DNA of 64,000 nt, taken from Candidatus Latescibacterota bacterium. Its GTDB lineage: Bacteria; Latescibacterota; UBA2968. Below are positions 39,923 to 48,529 of the stretch, in pieces. The position numbers and the translations under genes are program-made. The stretch is taken from positions 5,472,001-5,536,000 of the forward strand of contig OZ242195.1 in NCBI GenBank assembly GCA_965205975.1, given 5' to 3'. Below the pieces are notes generated by a model, which was not told the DNA's origin, made no database searches, and saw nothing but the letters and a program-made list of their open reading frames with translations. How positions within the stretch are numbered: position 1 is the first letter of the stretch; every line of letters begins with the position of its first letter.

Positions 39923-42015
39923 TGGACCTGTCGTTATACGAGACGATCTGGCTGGTCGGCGCGGCGATTGCCGCCGGGTTGCTCTGGGGCATTTTTGTTT
40001 CGGCGATAAAGCGGAAGGGTACGCCGTTGCCGCTGTTGTTGTTGATTTCGGCGGGGGCACTCTGGTACACTGGGGACGCGCTGCGCATTTTGATCGAGCA
40101 GACGGCCCCGGGCGCTGGTGCGGTGAATTATGCGGCGCATCTGGCGCGTTTTGGGCTGGATTTTTTGCCGTCTGCGCTGCTGGGAACCGTGCTGGCTTTT
40201 GCAGATGAGCACAAGGTGGCGCGTGGGTTGCGGCGGTATCTCATTCCTATCACTTTTGTGCCGGGGGTGATCATTTTTTTGATTGGCATGTCTCAAGCGC
40301 CGATCAAGCGCGTGAGTTTTAGCCTGTATGCTATTGCTATGCTTCTGTTTTCGGCGTATCTCTGCCGGGGATTTGCGATGCGGTCGGAGACAGAGGTGCA
40401 TAAGGTGTTTTGTCGGCTGATGGCATTTGCGCTGACGGGTATCGCGGTTTTGACGGTTTTTGCGTATCCGATTGGGTTGCTTCAAAGTAATGTTGTGGGA
40501 CCGGTGCTCGCGTTGGTGCTTTTTCTTTCGCCTATCGCGCCGGCGTATATTCTGGGCTATTTTATTTATCGGTACAGCTTTTTCCAGATTGTGGTGAATC
40601 CCGCGTTGTTTTATTCCGCGCTGACGGGTATTGTGTTGACGGTTTATTTGCTGGTGATCCGGCGCGTTGCAGAGGCATTGGGGCGTCTGGACAGTGGGTT
40701 CAGGGTAGAGGTGGTAGAGGCTATTTTGATTTCGCTGCTGATTTTTCTGTTTCAGCCGATTAAGAACAGGTTGCAGGGGATCATCAATCGTCTGTTTTTC
40801 AGGGCGCGATATGAGTACCAGCATTTGCTGGGTACGTTGAGTCAAACGCTGAATGTGCCGCACGCGCTGGAGAGGCGGTTGGAGTCGGTGGTGGATGCGG
40901 TCGGTGCGGTGTTGAAAGTGCATGCTGTGTCGCTGGTGGTGTTTGAGTACGAGGATGGGGAGGTGAGTCAGGTGCAGGTGATCGCAAGCAGTGGTTTACC
41001 GGGGTTTGAGCCGCCTGTCACACCATTTGGGGATGGGGACGGGACGCAGATTGAAGCGGTGGTCGGCTGGTTGTTGACCCATCGCCGTCCGCTGGATGTG
41101 GGCGATTTGCACCATCCGGCACTTACTACAATACTCGCAAAGCAAGGGGTTGAGCTGTGTATTCCGGTGTTGCAAGAGGAAAAGCCGGTTGGTTTGCTCT
41201 GTCTGGGCGAGAAGAAGCGCGGGGGATCTTTTTCGTCTGAAGAATGGGATTTGCTGGGTACGCTTTGCAATCAGATTGCACTGGCGATTGAAAATACGCG
41301 TCTGGTGGAGCGGCGGTTGCAATTGGAGCGGCAGATGTACGAGGCGGAACGGCTTTCGGCGTTGGGGTTGCTTTCGGCGAGTATCGCGCACGAGGTGAAG
41401 AATCCCCTGAGTTCGATCAAGGCGATAGCGACTGTGTTGCGGGAGGATTTGCAGGGTGATCAGACAAAGGCGGGCGATTTGTCTGTGGTGTTGCGCGAGA
41501 TTGATCGGCTAAACCGCGTGGTGGATCGCTTGCTCAGATTTGCCCAACCCAGGCAGGACAATGGGTTTCAGGTGTTGGATCTGAAGGCTGTGCTGGAAGA
41601 TGTGGTGTTGATTTTGTTCCACGAGGCGGAGCGACAGAATGTGGAGATTTGTTTTGAGGTGGATGATGGTCTCGCGGTGAAGGGCGATCCAGAAGATTTA
41701 AAGGAAGTATTTTTCAATTTGATTTTGAACGGTATTCAGGCTATAGAAAGCGATCAGGTAGAGCGGCGGTTGACGGTGCAGGCGCGGCGGTTGCACGGGG
41801 GTGTAGAGGTGCGGGTGTCGGATACGGGTCCGGGGATTTCAGTGGAGAATCAAGATCGCATTTTTGAGCCGTTTTTTACGACGAAGGCTTCGGGCACGGG
41901 GTTGGGGCTTGCGATTGTGAAGCGCGATGTGGCGCGCATGGGGGGCGCGGTTGAGGTGGCAAATGCAGATGGGGCAGGGGCGGTGTTTGCGGTTCAACTT
42001 CCCGGGGGGGGATGA
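39922..42015 (+). CDS. Multi-TM sensor histidine kinase with a GAF domain
   Basis: Many N-terminal TM helices; GAF region ending ALAIEN; IAHEVKNPL H-box; N, G1, F (EPFFTTK) and G2 (GTGLGL) boxes; TGATG overlap with the sulfatase stop. Confidence 0.93.
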   Translation: MDLSLYETIWLVGAAIAAGLLWGIFVSAIKRKGTPLPLLLLISAGALWYTGDALRILIEQTAPGAGAVNYAAHLARFGLDFLPSALLGTVLAFADEHKVARGLRRYLIPITFVPGVIIFLIGMSQAPIKRVSFSLYAIAMLLFSAYLCRGFAMRSETEVHKVFCRLMAFALTGIAVLTVFAYPIGLLQSNVVGPVLALVLFLSPIAPAYILGYFIYRYSFFQIVVNPALFYSALTGIVLTVYLLVIRRVAEALGRLDSGFRVEVVEAILISLLIFLFQPIKNRLQGIINRLFFRARYEYQHLLGTLSQTLNVPHALERRLESVVDAVGAVLKVHAVSLVVFEYEDGEVSQVQVIASSGLPGFEPPVTPFGDGDGTQIEAVVGWLLTHRRPLDVGDLHHPALTTILAKQGVELCIPVLQEEKPVGLLCLGEKKRGGSFSSEEWDLLGTLCNQIALAIENTRLVERRLQLERQMYEAERLSALGLLSASIAHEVKNPLSSIKAIATVLREDLQGDQTKAGDLSVVLREIDRLNRVVDRLLRFAQPRQDNGFQVLDLKAVLEDVVLILFHEAERQNVEICFEVDDGLAVKGDPEDLKEVFFNLILNGIQAIESDQVERRLTVQARRLHGGVEVRVSDTGPGISVENQDRIFEPFFTTKASGTGLGLAIVKRDVARMGGAVEVANADGAGAVFAVQLPGGG

Positions 42016-42101
42016 TGCAGTGTGATCCGCAGATGACGCAGATGGACGCAGATAAAAGAGATGTTGGAGGGCTGACCGCTGACAGCCAAGATGTGTGAAG
42101 G

Positions 42102-43502
42102 ATGAAGACTATGCAGCATAAAATTCTGATTGTGGATGATGATCCTGCGGCGCGGTACGGGTTGAAGCGGGCACTCGCGGCGCTGGGGTGTGAGATTGTC
42201 GAGGCAGAGGACGGTGAGGCGGCACTGGTAGCTGTGGCGCAGAGCAATCCCGATTTGCTGATTTGCGATATCCAGATGCCAAAGATGGATGGGTTGACGC
42301 TGGTGAAGCGGTTGGCTGATCAGGGGGATGCGCGGCCGGTTATTGTGATTACAGCGTATGGGTCGGAGCGGGTTGCGGTGGAGGCGATGAAGGCGGGGGC
42401 GTACGATTATTTGAGCAAGCCCTACGATGTGGATGAGTTGCGCTGTCTGGTGGAGAATGTTCTGGAGACGGTGCGGTTGCGGCGGGAGAATGAGACGCTT
42501 CGCAATGAGATTCGGCAGCAGTCGGGGTTCGGGTTGTTGATTGGTCGCAGCCGCGCGATGAAGGGGGTTTACGATTTGATCGGCAAGGTGGCGAGGACCG
42601 ATGCGGGGGTGCTGATTGGCGGGGAGAGCGGTACGGGAAAGGAGTTGGTCGCGCGGGCGATTCACGAGCAGAGCGGGCGAAAGGCGCGGACATTTGTGGC
42701 GGTGAATGCAGCGGCGTTGCCGACGGAGTTGATCGAGAGCGAGTTGTTCGGGCATGAGAGGGGCGCGTTTACCGGGGCGACTGCGCGGCGGCAGGGGAAG
42801 TTTGAGCTTGCGGATGGGGGGACGCTGTTTTTGGATGAGATCGGCGATATGCATATCGAGACGCAGGCGAAGTTGTTGCGCGTGCTGGAAGAGAAACAGT
42901 TTGAGCGGCTGGGCGGTTCGGAGACGGTGACGGTGGATGTTCGGATTATCAGCGCGACGAATAAGGATTTGCCGGTGGAGATTGCAGAGGGGCGGTTTCG
43001 GGAGGATCTCTTTTATCGCTTGAAGGTGGTGGATATTTTTTTGCCGCCGTTGCGGGATCGGCGCGAGGATATTCCGCTGCTCATTCAGCATTTTTTGGCG
43101 CGTTTTAATGATCAGCACGGCAAGGCGATGACGGATGTGCCGCCGGGTGTGATGAAGATGCTGATGGTGTATGCATGGCCGGGCAATATACGGGAGTTGA
43201 TGCACGTGGTCGAGCGGGCGATTATTTTTTCGGATGGGTCCGAGTTGAGTCTCGATTTACTTCCTCAGGAGGTTCGGGGCGTTGAGTCTGTGGAGGGCAC
43301 CGAATCTGTCTGGCGGGATGGGGTGTTTTTTCAAGATGCAAAGCAGGAGGTTGTGCAGTCTTTTGAGGTTGCGTTTATTCGGTCTGCATTGGAATACTAC
43401 AACGGCAATATTAGCCGTACAGCACCGGCCATTGGCATGAAAAGGCAGGCGCTGCAACAAAAGTTGAAGGAGCACAGGATCGATCCTGGGATTTATCGTT
43501 AG
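42102..43502 (+). CDS. Sigma54-dependent response regulator (NtrC/AtoC family)
   Basis: REC domain (VDDD, D.QMP), GESGTGKE, GAFTGA, FLDEIG, WPGNIREL and a Fis-type HTH. Confidence 0.95.
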   Translation: MKTMQHKILIVDDDPAARYGLKRALAALGCEIVEAEDGEAALVAVAQSNPDLLICDIQMPKMDGLTLVKRLADQGDARPVIVITAYGSERVAVEAMKAGAYDYLSKPYDVDELRCLVENVLETVRLRRENETLRNEIRQQSGFGLLIGRSRAMKGVYDLIGKVARTDAGVLIGGESGTGKELVARAIHEQSGRKARTFVAVNAAALPTELIESELFGHERGAFTGATARRQGKFELADGGTLFLDEIGDMHIETQAKLLRVLEEKQFERLGGSETVTVDVRIISATNKDLPVEIAEGRFREDLFYRLKVVDIFLPPLRDRREDIPLLIQHFLARFNDQHGKAMTDVPPGVMKMLMVYAWPGNIRELMHVVERAIIFSDGSELSLDLLPQEVRGVESVEGTESVWRDGVFFQDAKQEVVQSFEVAFIRSALEYYNGNISRTAPAIGMKRQALQQKLKEHRIDPGIYR

Positions 43503-43511
43503 GACGAATAC

Positions 43512-43575
43512 GGGCGGGCACAGGGGCACCGCCCCTACAACTGAACTATGTAGGGACAACCCCCTGTGGTTGTCC
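43512..43575. repeat. Divergent pair of GTAG-type REP-like palindromes
   Basis: GGGCGGGCACAGGGGCACCGCCCCTAC ... GTAGGGACAACCCCCTGTGGTTGTCC. Confidence 0.8.
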
Positions 43576-43620
43576 TTGCGTCGATAAACTGCTGATAAAA
43601 TTTACAATCTATTTGACAGG

Positions 43621-43654
43621 TCCGGAGATACACATTGTGTCTCCGGATTTTTTT
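43621..43654 (+). terminator. Intrinsic terminator after the two-component genes
   Basis: TCCGGAGATAC-acatt-GTGTCTCCGGA followed by a T run. Confidence 0.75.
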
Positions 43655-43663
43655 GTGCCTGTT

Positions 43664-43702
43664 GTGCAATACTCAGTTTGCAGGTGCAATATTTAGTTTG
43701 CA
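43664..43702 (+). promoter_or_regulatory. Putative enhancer: two GTGCAATAyTyAGTTTGCA boxes at a 20-bp period
   Basis: TGCA-N10-TGCA at 43665-43682 and 43685-43702, about 65-100 bp upstream of the -24 element. Confidence 0.7.
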
Positions 43703-43766
43703 CTGATTGGGCAATTTTTAGGGTGGATAACAGGGAAAATGGCCTTTTTCAGGGGTAAAATGGTTT

Positions 43767-43782
43767 TGGCACGGGATTTGCA
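43767..43782 (+). promoter_or_regulatory. Sigma54 (-24/-12) promoter
   Basis: TGGCAC-GGGAT-TTGCA matches the TGGCAC-N5-TTGC consensus exactly. Confidence 0.85.
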
Positions 43783-43838
43783 TATGACGTGTTGTGACCG
43801 AGTAGTTTGAGATGTGAACCTTTGAGAAGGAGGCTGAG

Positions 43839-44486
43839 ATGTCAACGCTTACATCGACGTTTGTGACCGCGTTTCCAGGCCAGGTTGCCAATTTGATTAC
43901 TGCGGGCAGAGTGGTTTTGCTGTTTCTGGCGACGGCTTTTGCCGTGTCTGGAGATGCGATGCTGGCCTGGGTTGCGGTGCCGCTCGCATTTGTTGCGCTG
44001 GTGATGGATTGGCTGGATGGGTATCTCGCGCGGCGATTGGGATGCGAGAGCAAGGTTGGGGGGTTGCTGGATATTGTGGGGGATCGGATTGCGGAGAATG
44101 TGTGGTGGGTGGTGTTTGCGTGGTTGCACGTCATTCCACTGTGGGTGCCGATTGTGGTGCTCAGCAGGGGGTTTGTGACGGATGCAATTCGCAGTTGTGC
44201 GCTGACTAAGGGCTTCACAGCGTTTGGCGAGTCAACGATGATGAAGTCGCGGATTGGGTTCGCGCTGGTTGCTTCGCGCGTGAGCCGGGCGACGTACGGG
44301 ACTTCCAAGGTGGTCGCGTTTGTGCTGTTGTTCAGCCTGAATGCGGCGCAGGAGATGTCGGGTTTGGCGCCCGCATTTTTGTCCTATCTCGAATTGGTTG
44401 CCGTGGCGGCGACATATCTGACGGTCGCGCTTTGTGTTATTCGGGCGATTCCAGTGGTTACGGCTGCCAAACGGGTTGTTGTGTAA
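43839..44486 (+). CDS. CDP-alcohol phosphatidyltransferase family protein
   Basis: ANLIT..R and the signature DWLDGYLARR...SKVGGLLDIVGDR; AAGGAGG RBS. Confidence 0.9.
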   Translation: MSTLTSTFVTAFPGQVANLITAGRVVLLFLATAFAVSGDAMLAWVAVPLAFVALVMDWLDGYLARRLGCESKVGGLLDIVGDRIAENVWWVVFAWLHVIPLWVPIVVLSRGFVTDAIRSCALTKGFTAFGESTMMKSRIGFALVASRVSRATYGTSKVVAFVLLFSLNAAQEMSGLAPAFLSYLELVAVAATYLTVALCVIRAIPVVTAAKRVVV

Positions 44487-44626
44487 GGTAGTGGTTGAGT
44501 TACTACCCCTGACTCCCTCTGTGTTCATTCGTGTTCATCTGTGGTTGCATTTTGGGGGATGATGGAGCGGGGTTCGTCTATTCGTAGATTCGTCTATTCG
44601 TAGATTCGTTTTTTCAGGAGAACGAC

Positions 44627-45637
44627 ATGAAACAGGGAACGCATATCGTGCTTTGTCTGATTGGGTTTGTCGGCCTGGGTGTGCTTTTGCATCAGCTCAG
44701 TGCCCCAGAGGTATTGCAACATGTTTTGATGATGGGTTGGGGGTATGTGCTGGTGATCGGTCTGTCGCTGGTGGTATCTGTTCATCATGCGTGGATGTGG
44801 CGGGCATGCTTTGATCGCGGGGCGAAAAGGCCGCGTTTGAGGCAGTTGCTGTGGGTGCAGTTGGTTGGCGAGGCGGTGGGCAATGTGGCACCGGCATCGC
44901 AGGTTGGTAAGGAGGTCGGCAAGGCGATTGTGCTGCGCGATAAGATGTGCGTTTCCCGCGGGGTGTCGTCGCTGGTGATCAATAAGACGGGTGAGATGAT
45001 TGGCGGGGTGATTTTTGTGATCGGTGGTGTTGTGATAGGTTTGCAGCGGTTTTCGTGGCCGGCTGAGGTGCGGGGCGCTCTGGTCGCTGTTCTGGTGCTG
45101 TCTGTTCTGGGGGTTGTTTGGACGGTTTTCAGGCAGCGCCGGAGTCCCTTTGCACGGTTTTTGAATTTGATGCTGTGGTTGCGGCTTACGTTTTTGGAGC
45201 GGTTCCGCGACCACGCAGTGGAGATTGACGAGAATTTGGCGCAGTTTTATCGGTTGAATAGGTGGCGTTTGGTGGGGTTGTTGGGTTTACATCTGTTGGG
45301 CTGGAGCATGGGGACGCTGGAGATTTACGCGATTCTTTACGTGCTGGGTGAACCGATGCCGTTTGTTTGGGTGTATCTGTTCCACGCGCTGATGATTGTG
45401 ATTAATGCGGCGTTCTTTTTTGTTCCGCTCGGGATGGGCGTTTTTGAAGGTGGGCATGTGTTTCTGTTTCATTTGATGGGTTTGGATCCAAAGATGGGTT
45501 TGGCTGTGGGCATTATTCGGCGGGTTCGGAGGCTTTTCTGGATGCAGGTGGGGCTAACGCTGTTGCTGATCGGGTCGCGGGGTAAGCAGGCTGATGCGGT
45601 GTCGAAAAATGATAGCCTTCAGCAGGTGGAGATGTAG
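44627..45637 (+). CDS. Lysylphosphatidylglycerol-synthase TM/flippase-like membrane protein (UPF0104/HpnL-like)
   Basis: Multi-TM; GEAVGNVAP...G.E..K and FFVPLGMGVFEGG...G...GLAVGIIRRVR motifs. Confidence 0.8.
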   Translation: MKQGTHIVLCLIGFVGLGVLLHQLSAPEVLQHVLMMGWGYVLVIGLSLVVSVHHAWMWRACFDRGAKRPRLRQLLWVQLVGEAVGNVAPASQVGKEVGKAIVLRDKMCVSRGVSSLVINKTGEMIGGVIFVIGGVVIGLQRFSWPAEVRGALVAVLVLSVLGVVWTVFRQRRSPFARFLNLMLWLRLTFLERFRDHAVEIDENLAQFYRLNRWRLVGLLGLHLLGWSMGTLEIYAILYVLGEPMPFVWVYLFHALMIVINAAFFFVPLGMGVFEGGHVFLFHLMGLDPKMGLAVGIIRRVRRLFWMQVGLTLLLIGSRGKQADAVSKNDSLQQVEM

Positions 45638-45691
45638 TGCATCATGCATGACAGAAGTTCGTCAACGAATAGCTAAAAAAAGGAGAAAATA

Positions 45692-46210
45692 ATGACACGT
45701 TCGATTTCTTATCTGATCTGTATCCTCTTGAGTGTAATCTTCAGTTTTCCAGTTCAGGCAAAAAAGACTGATCTCACCAAAAATTTCGGTATTGGTCTCC
45801 AGGGGGCTACACCCACATTTGGTGGCATTAGTTTTCGCTATAATGGACTGGCACCCGTCTATCTTCAAACCGTTGGACGTTTTATTCTCAATGGCCAGGA
45901 TAGTGACCATATGTTAGGTGCTGGCGTTTCGTATGCGATATTCGAGCATCAGAGCAGGTGGAACCTTGCCCGCCTTCATTTCACTCTCGAAGGTGGCTGG
46001 CAACAGAAAGAGGAGGGGCAGGAGACTGTCAAAACCACGACGCTGGCAACTGGACTTGCTTTTGGAGGCGAGCTTGTGTTTTCACTTGGGGGGATTCCTC
46101 TCGGTTTGAATGTGGAGATCGGTCAAGGGTTTGGTCGGGAAAAAAACGGCTCTCAATCTAAAGGGCTTGCTGGCGTTTATGCAGGAGGAGGGATACATGC
46201 CTATTTTTAG
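45692..46210 (+). CDS. Small outer-membrane beta-barrel protein
   Basis: Signal peptide, amphipathic strands, GGGIHAYF terminus and AGGAG RBS. Confidence 0.7.
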   Translation: MTRSISYLICILLSVIFSFPVQAKKTDLTKNFGIGLQGATPTFGGISFRYNGLAPVYLQTVGRFILNGQDSDHMLGAGVSYAIFEHQSRWNLARLHFTLEGGWQQKEEGQETVKTTTLATGLAFGGELVFSLGGIPLGLNVEIGQGFGREKNGSQSKGLAGVYAGGGIHAYF

Positions 46211-46997
46211 GTCTCTTTCTATTGTTATGATGGTGGCAATCCTGATCAACGTGATGGCTCCCACTCTCGCACATGCAGCCACATACCTGCAAGGCGCAGA
46301 GGTCAATGTCAATACGTTGATCCAAGATGCTTATGTGCAAGTCACTTATTACGATAACAAGAATAAACAGAAATTGGAGAAGGGGTGGGTTTACGCTATT
46401 GATGAGACCACATTTAAAATTCGAAGCAGAGCACTTTTCGGCAAGGAGATCATTGCATATGACAAAGTCCTATCAGTGATCATGAGCGACGAATCTACCA
46501 CACCAATAAAACAAATCAATGAGGTAGATCGGTTTATTCGAGAGAGACAAGATGGACAGAGGATAGAGAGTAGATCCACGCGGATTGGTGACAAGTTGGC
46601 AGGTGGCCTTGTTTCAGGGATCCTTTTCGCAGTTGTGGGAGCAGGAGTAGGGCTGATCAACGGAGATAGCTGCAAAAATGCAGAATCAATATGTATAGAT
46701 AATGAAGTCGCTCTGGGGCTGGTGGGTGGTTATGCACTCGGTGTGTCCGCTGGCGTAAGCCTGTTTGACCCTCACGATCAGTTTATAAGTGCATTGGGTG
46801 GTACGCTGGTAGGGGGCGCGGCAGGTATTGGATTGACCTTCGTTGATTACAAACTTTGGCCATCTATTCTTATATGTCCGATTATCGGGGCCACGATTAT
46901 GTCCGAGCTTACGCGTAAACCTCCTGATCGCCTCAATCTGAGCATAGCTCCCACATCCGCAAAAGGGCTTCGCGCTGTGCTTACGTTTAATTTTTAA
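46197..46997 (+). CDS. Secreted or membrane hypothetical protein with glycine-zipper helices
   Basis: AGGAGG RBS before MPIFRS, AHA-A cleavage site, GxxxG-rich helices and C-terminal LTFNF. Confidence 0.7.
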   Translation: MPIFRSLSIVMMVAILINVMAPTLAHAATYLQGAEVNVNTLIQDAYVQVTYYDNKNKQKLEKGWVYAIDETTFKIRSRALFGKEIIAYDKVLSVIMSDESTTPIKQINEVDRFIRERQDGQRIESRSTRIGDKLAGGLVSGILFAVVGAGVGLINGDSCKNAESICIDNEVALGLVGGYALGVSAGVSLFDPHDQFISALGGTLVGGAAGIGLTFVDYKLWPSILICPIIGATIMSELTRKPPDRLNLSIAPTSAKGLRAVLTFNF

Positions 46998-47075
46998 TTG
47001 GGGTTGGAGAAGATAAATCTATAAAAAAGGCGACTCTGACGGTCGCCAAGAAATAATGTCTCAGTATCTCGCACT

Positions 47076-47342
47076 TTACACACGCTGTTTGGCGGGTCGT
47101 GCAGGTACGCCCATTAACATGCCTCCTGCACTGATGTCTTCATCAATATCCGGCCAGTGAACACCCTGACCGTCGCCGATAAATTCATAGTTTTCACGCT
47201 GAGCAGGCGTTGCGTCTGCAAGTCGCCAAGACCAGATGAGCGGTACACTGATTGTTCGACCATCCACCAAATCCGCGATGATCAATTCCTCGGTGATCTC
47301 GATGGCTTTGATGCGGGGTTCCGTACTATTCGCAGTGTTCAC
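47076..47342 (-). CDS. DUF2442 family protein (antitoxin-like)
   Basis: DLVDGRTISVPL.W..RL..ATP.QR.N.E....G.GVHWPDIDEDIS signature. Confidence 0.88.
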   Translation of the reverse strand: MNTANSTEPRIKAIEITEELIIADLVDGRTISVPLIWSWRLADATPAQRENYEFIGDGQGVHWPDIDEDISAGGMLMGVPARPAKQRV

Positions 47343-47399
47343 GCCAGGGTCTCCAAAATTATTACGTAGTGCGATTGGATTAACCGCCGAATTTCATTT
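47326..47399 (-). pseudogene. DUF4160-like partner remnant
   Basis: NEIRRLIQSHYVIILET, then after removing 1 nt WREHCE*, overlapping the DUF2442 start; no 5' half visible. Confidence 0.6.
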
Positions 47400-47431
47400 G
47401 GCCCTTCTCAAGACATAGACATTGCCGATGT

Positions 47432-47719
47432 CTAATCCCCCGGTGGTTCGCTCTGAAAAATTATCATTTTCCCCTTCGCTGTGAGGCGGTATTTCTGTTT
47501 TGGACTTCTCGGCGATTCAGGCTGTGTCATTTCAACAAGTCCTGTTGTCATAACGGGTTGCATATAATTGTAAAAAAACGTGGGACGGTGATGTAATCCA
47601 AGGGCTTTCATTGCCTCGCGTGCGCTCAAGGGTTCATTTTTTAAGCAGTTCAGGATGCGTTTTGCTTGTTCGGTTACTTGTTCGGTTACTTGTTCGGTTT
47701 CCTTCCTGCGTGACCGCAA
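47432..47719 (-). pseudogene. Orphan C-terminal wHTH domain of Fic/RecG-C-type proteins, likely a remnant
   Basis: TEQV repeats (12-nt unit) followed by L.L.HRPTF...Y.QP....GLVEMT.P..PRSPKQKYRLT.KG. Confidence 0.6.
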
Positions 47720-47731
47720 GCACCCGAATCG

Positions 47732-48511
47732 TTACCAATTTTTTTTCGATCCTGAATCCAACACCCGGAATCCATATCGCTGAAAGACCGCAGCCGCTGT
47801 GTCTGATTGAAAGAAGTGCATGGCGGCTGCGACTGTTGGTGTGTGTCGTCCTTTTACGATGGCGATTGGATAGACAATGGGTGTGTGCAATAGGGAATCG
47901 GGGAGTGTGGCAATTACTTCGACGCCATCGCTGATGGTCGCGTCTGTGGCATAGACAATGCCGGCTGTACATTCTCCGCGGGCGACCAGTGTGAGTGCGC
48001 CGCGCACGTCCATTGCCGGGGCGATGCGGTTTTTGAGCAGGGGCCACCAGCCCAATTTTTTCAGGGCTTCTACGGCGTAGATGCCCGCAGGCACATGAGA
48101 GGGGTCGCCCAGGGCCAATTGTCCTTCGAATGCGCTGGGGAAGTCAAAGTCTGCGTGGGGTTCGACAGAGAATTTTTCATTTTTGGGGGAGATAATTACG
48201 AGGGCGTTGCCCAGTAGATCGATTCGGGTATTGGGTTCGAGCAATTTTTCCGTTGCCAAAAAATCCATCCATTTTACATTAGCTGAGAAATATATATCCG
48301 CAGGCGCGCCCTGGGCTATCTGTTTGGCGAGGATTGAAGAACCGGCAAAAGACATTCGCAACGATATGCCCTGTTTTTCTGCGGTTTTGGAGAGGTCTTG
48401 CAAAGCGCTCGTCAAGCTGGCTGCTGCATATACGGTTACGGGTTCGGCAAGGGCGATTCCGCGCGTTGCGAGGCAGGTTGTGATGAAGATGTAGATGAAT
48501 AGTTTTTTCAT
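47732..48511 (-). CDS. modA: Molybdate ABC transporter substrate-binding protein
   Basis: VYAAASL, FAGSS.LA.QI.QGAPADIY.SAN, GDP.HVPAG.YA, GIVYATDA and YP motifs; true start MKKLF at 48511. Confidence 0.92.
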   Translation of the reverse strand: MKKLFIYIFITTCLATRGIALAEPVTVYAAASLTSALQDLSKTAEKQGISLRMSFAGSSILAKQIAQGAPADIYFSANVKWMDFLATEKLLEPNTRIDLLGNALVIISPKNEKFSVEPHADFDFPSAFEGQLALGDPSHVPAGIYAVEALKKLGWWPLLKNRIAPAMDVRGALTLVARGECTAGIVYATDATISDGVEVIATLPDSLLHTPIVYPIAIVKGRHTPTVAAAMHFFQSDTAAAVFQRYGFRVLDSGSKKNW

Positions 48512-48529
48512 GGGATAAAGGAGAATAGT

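Noticed and set aside
42004..42011. G8 tract as a phase-variation switch
   Set aside because: It lies in the last codons of the kinase, so slippage would alter only the extreme C-terminus.
39934..43205. Long minus-strand ORFs (329 aa and 403 aa)
   Set aside because: They are antisense shadows of the kinase and regulator, with His/Gln/Arg/Pro-rich composition and no motifs.
39922..43502. Naming the two-component pair prsK/prsR
   Set aside because: The architecture is similar, but no PEP-CTERM or exosortase gene is visible and orthology is untested.
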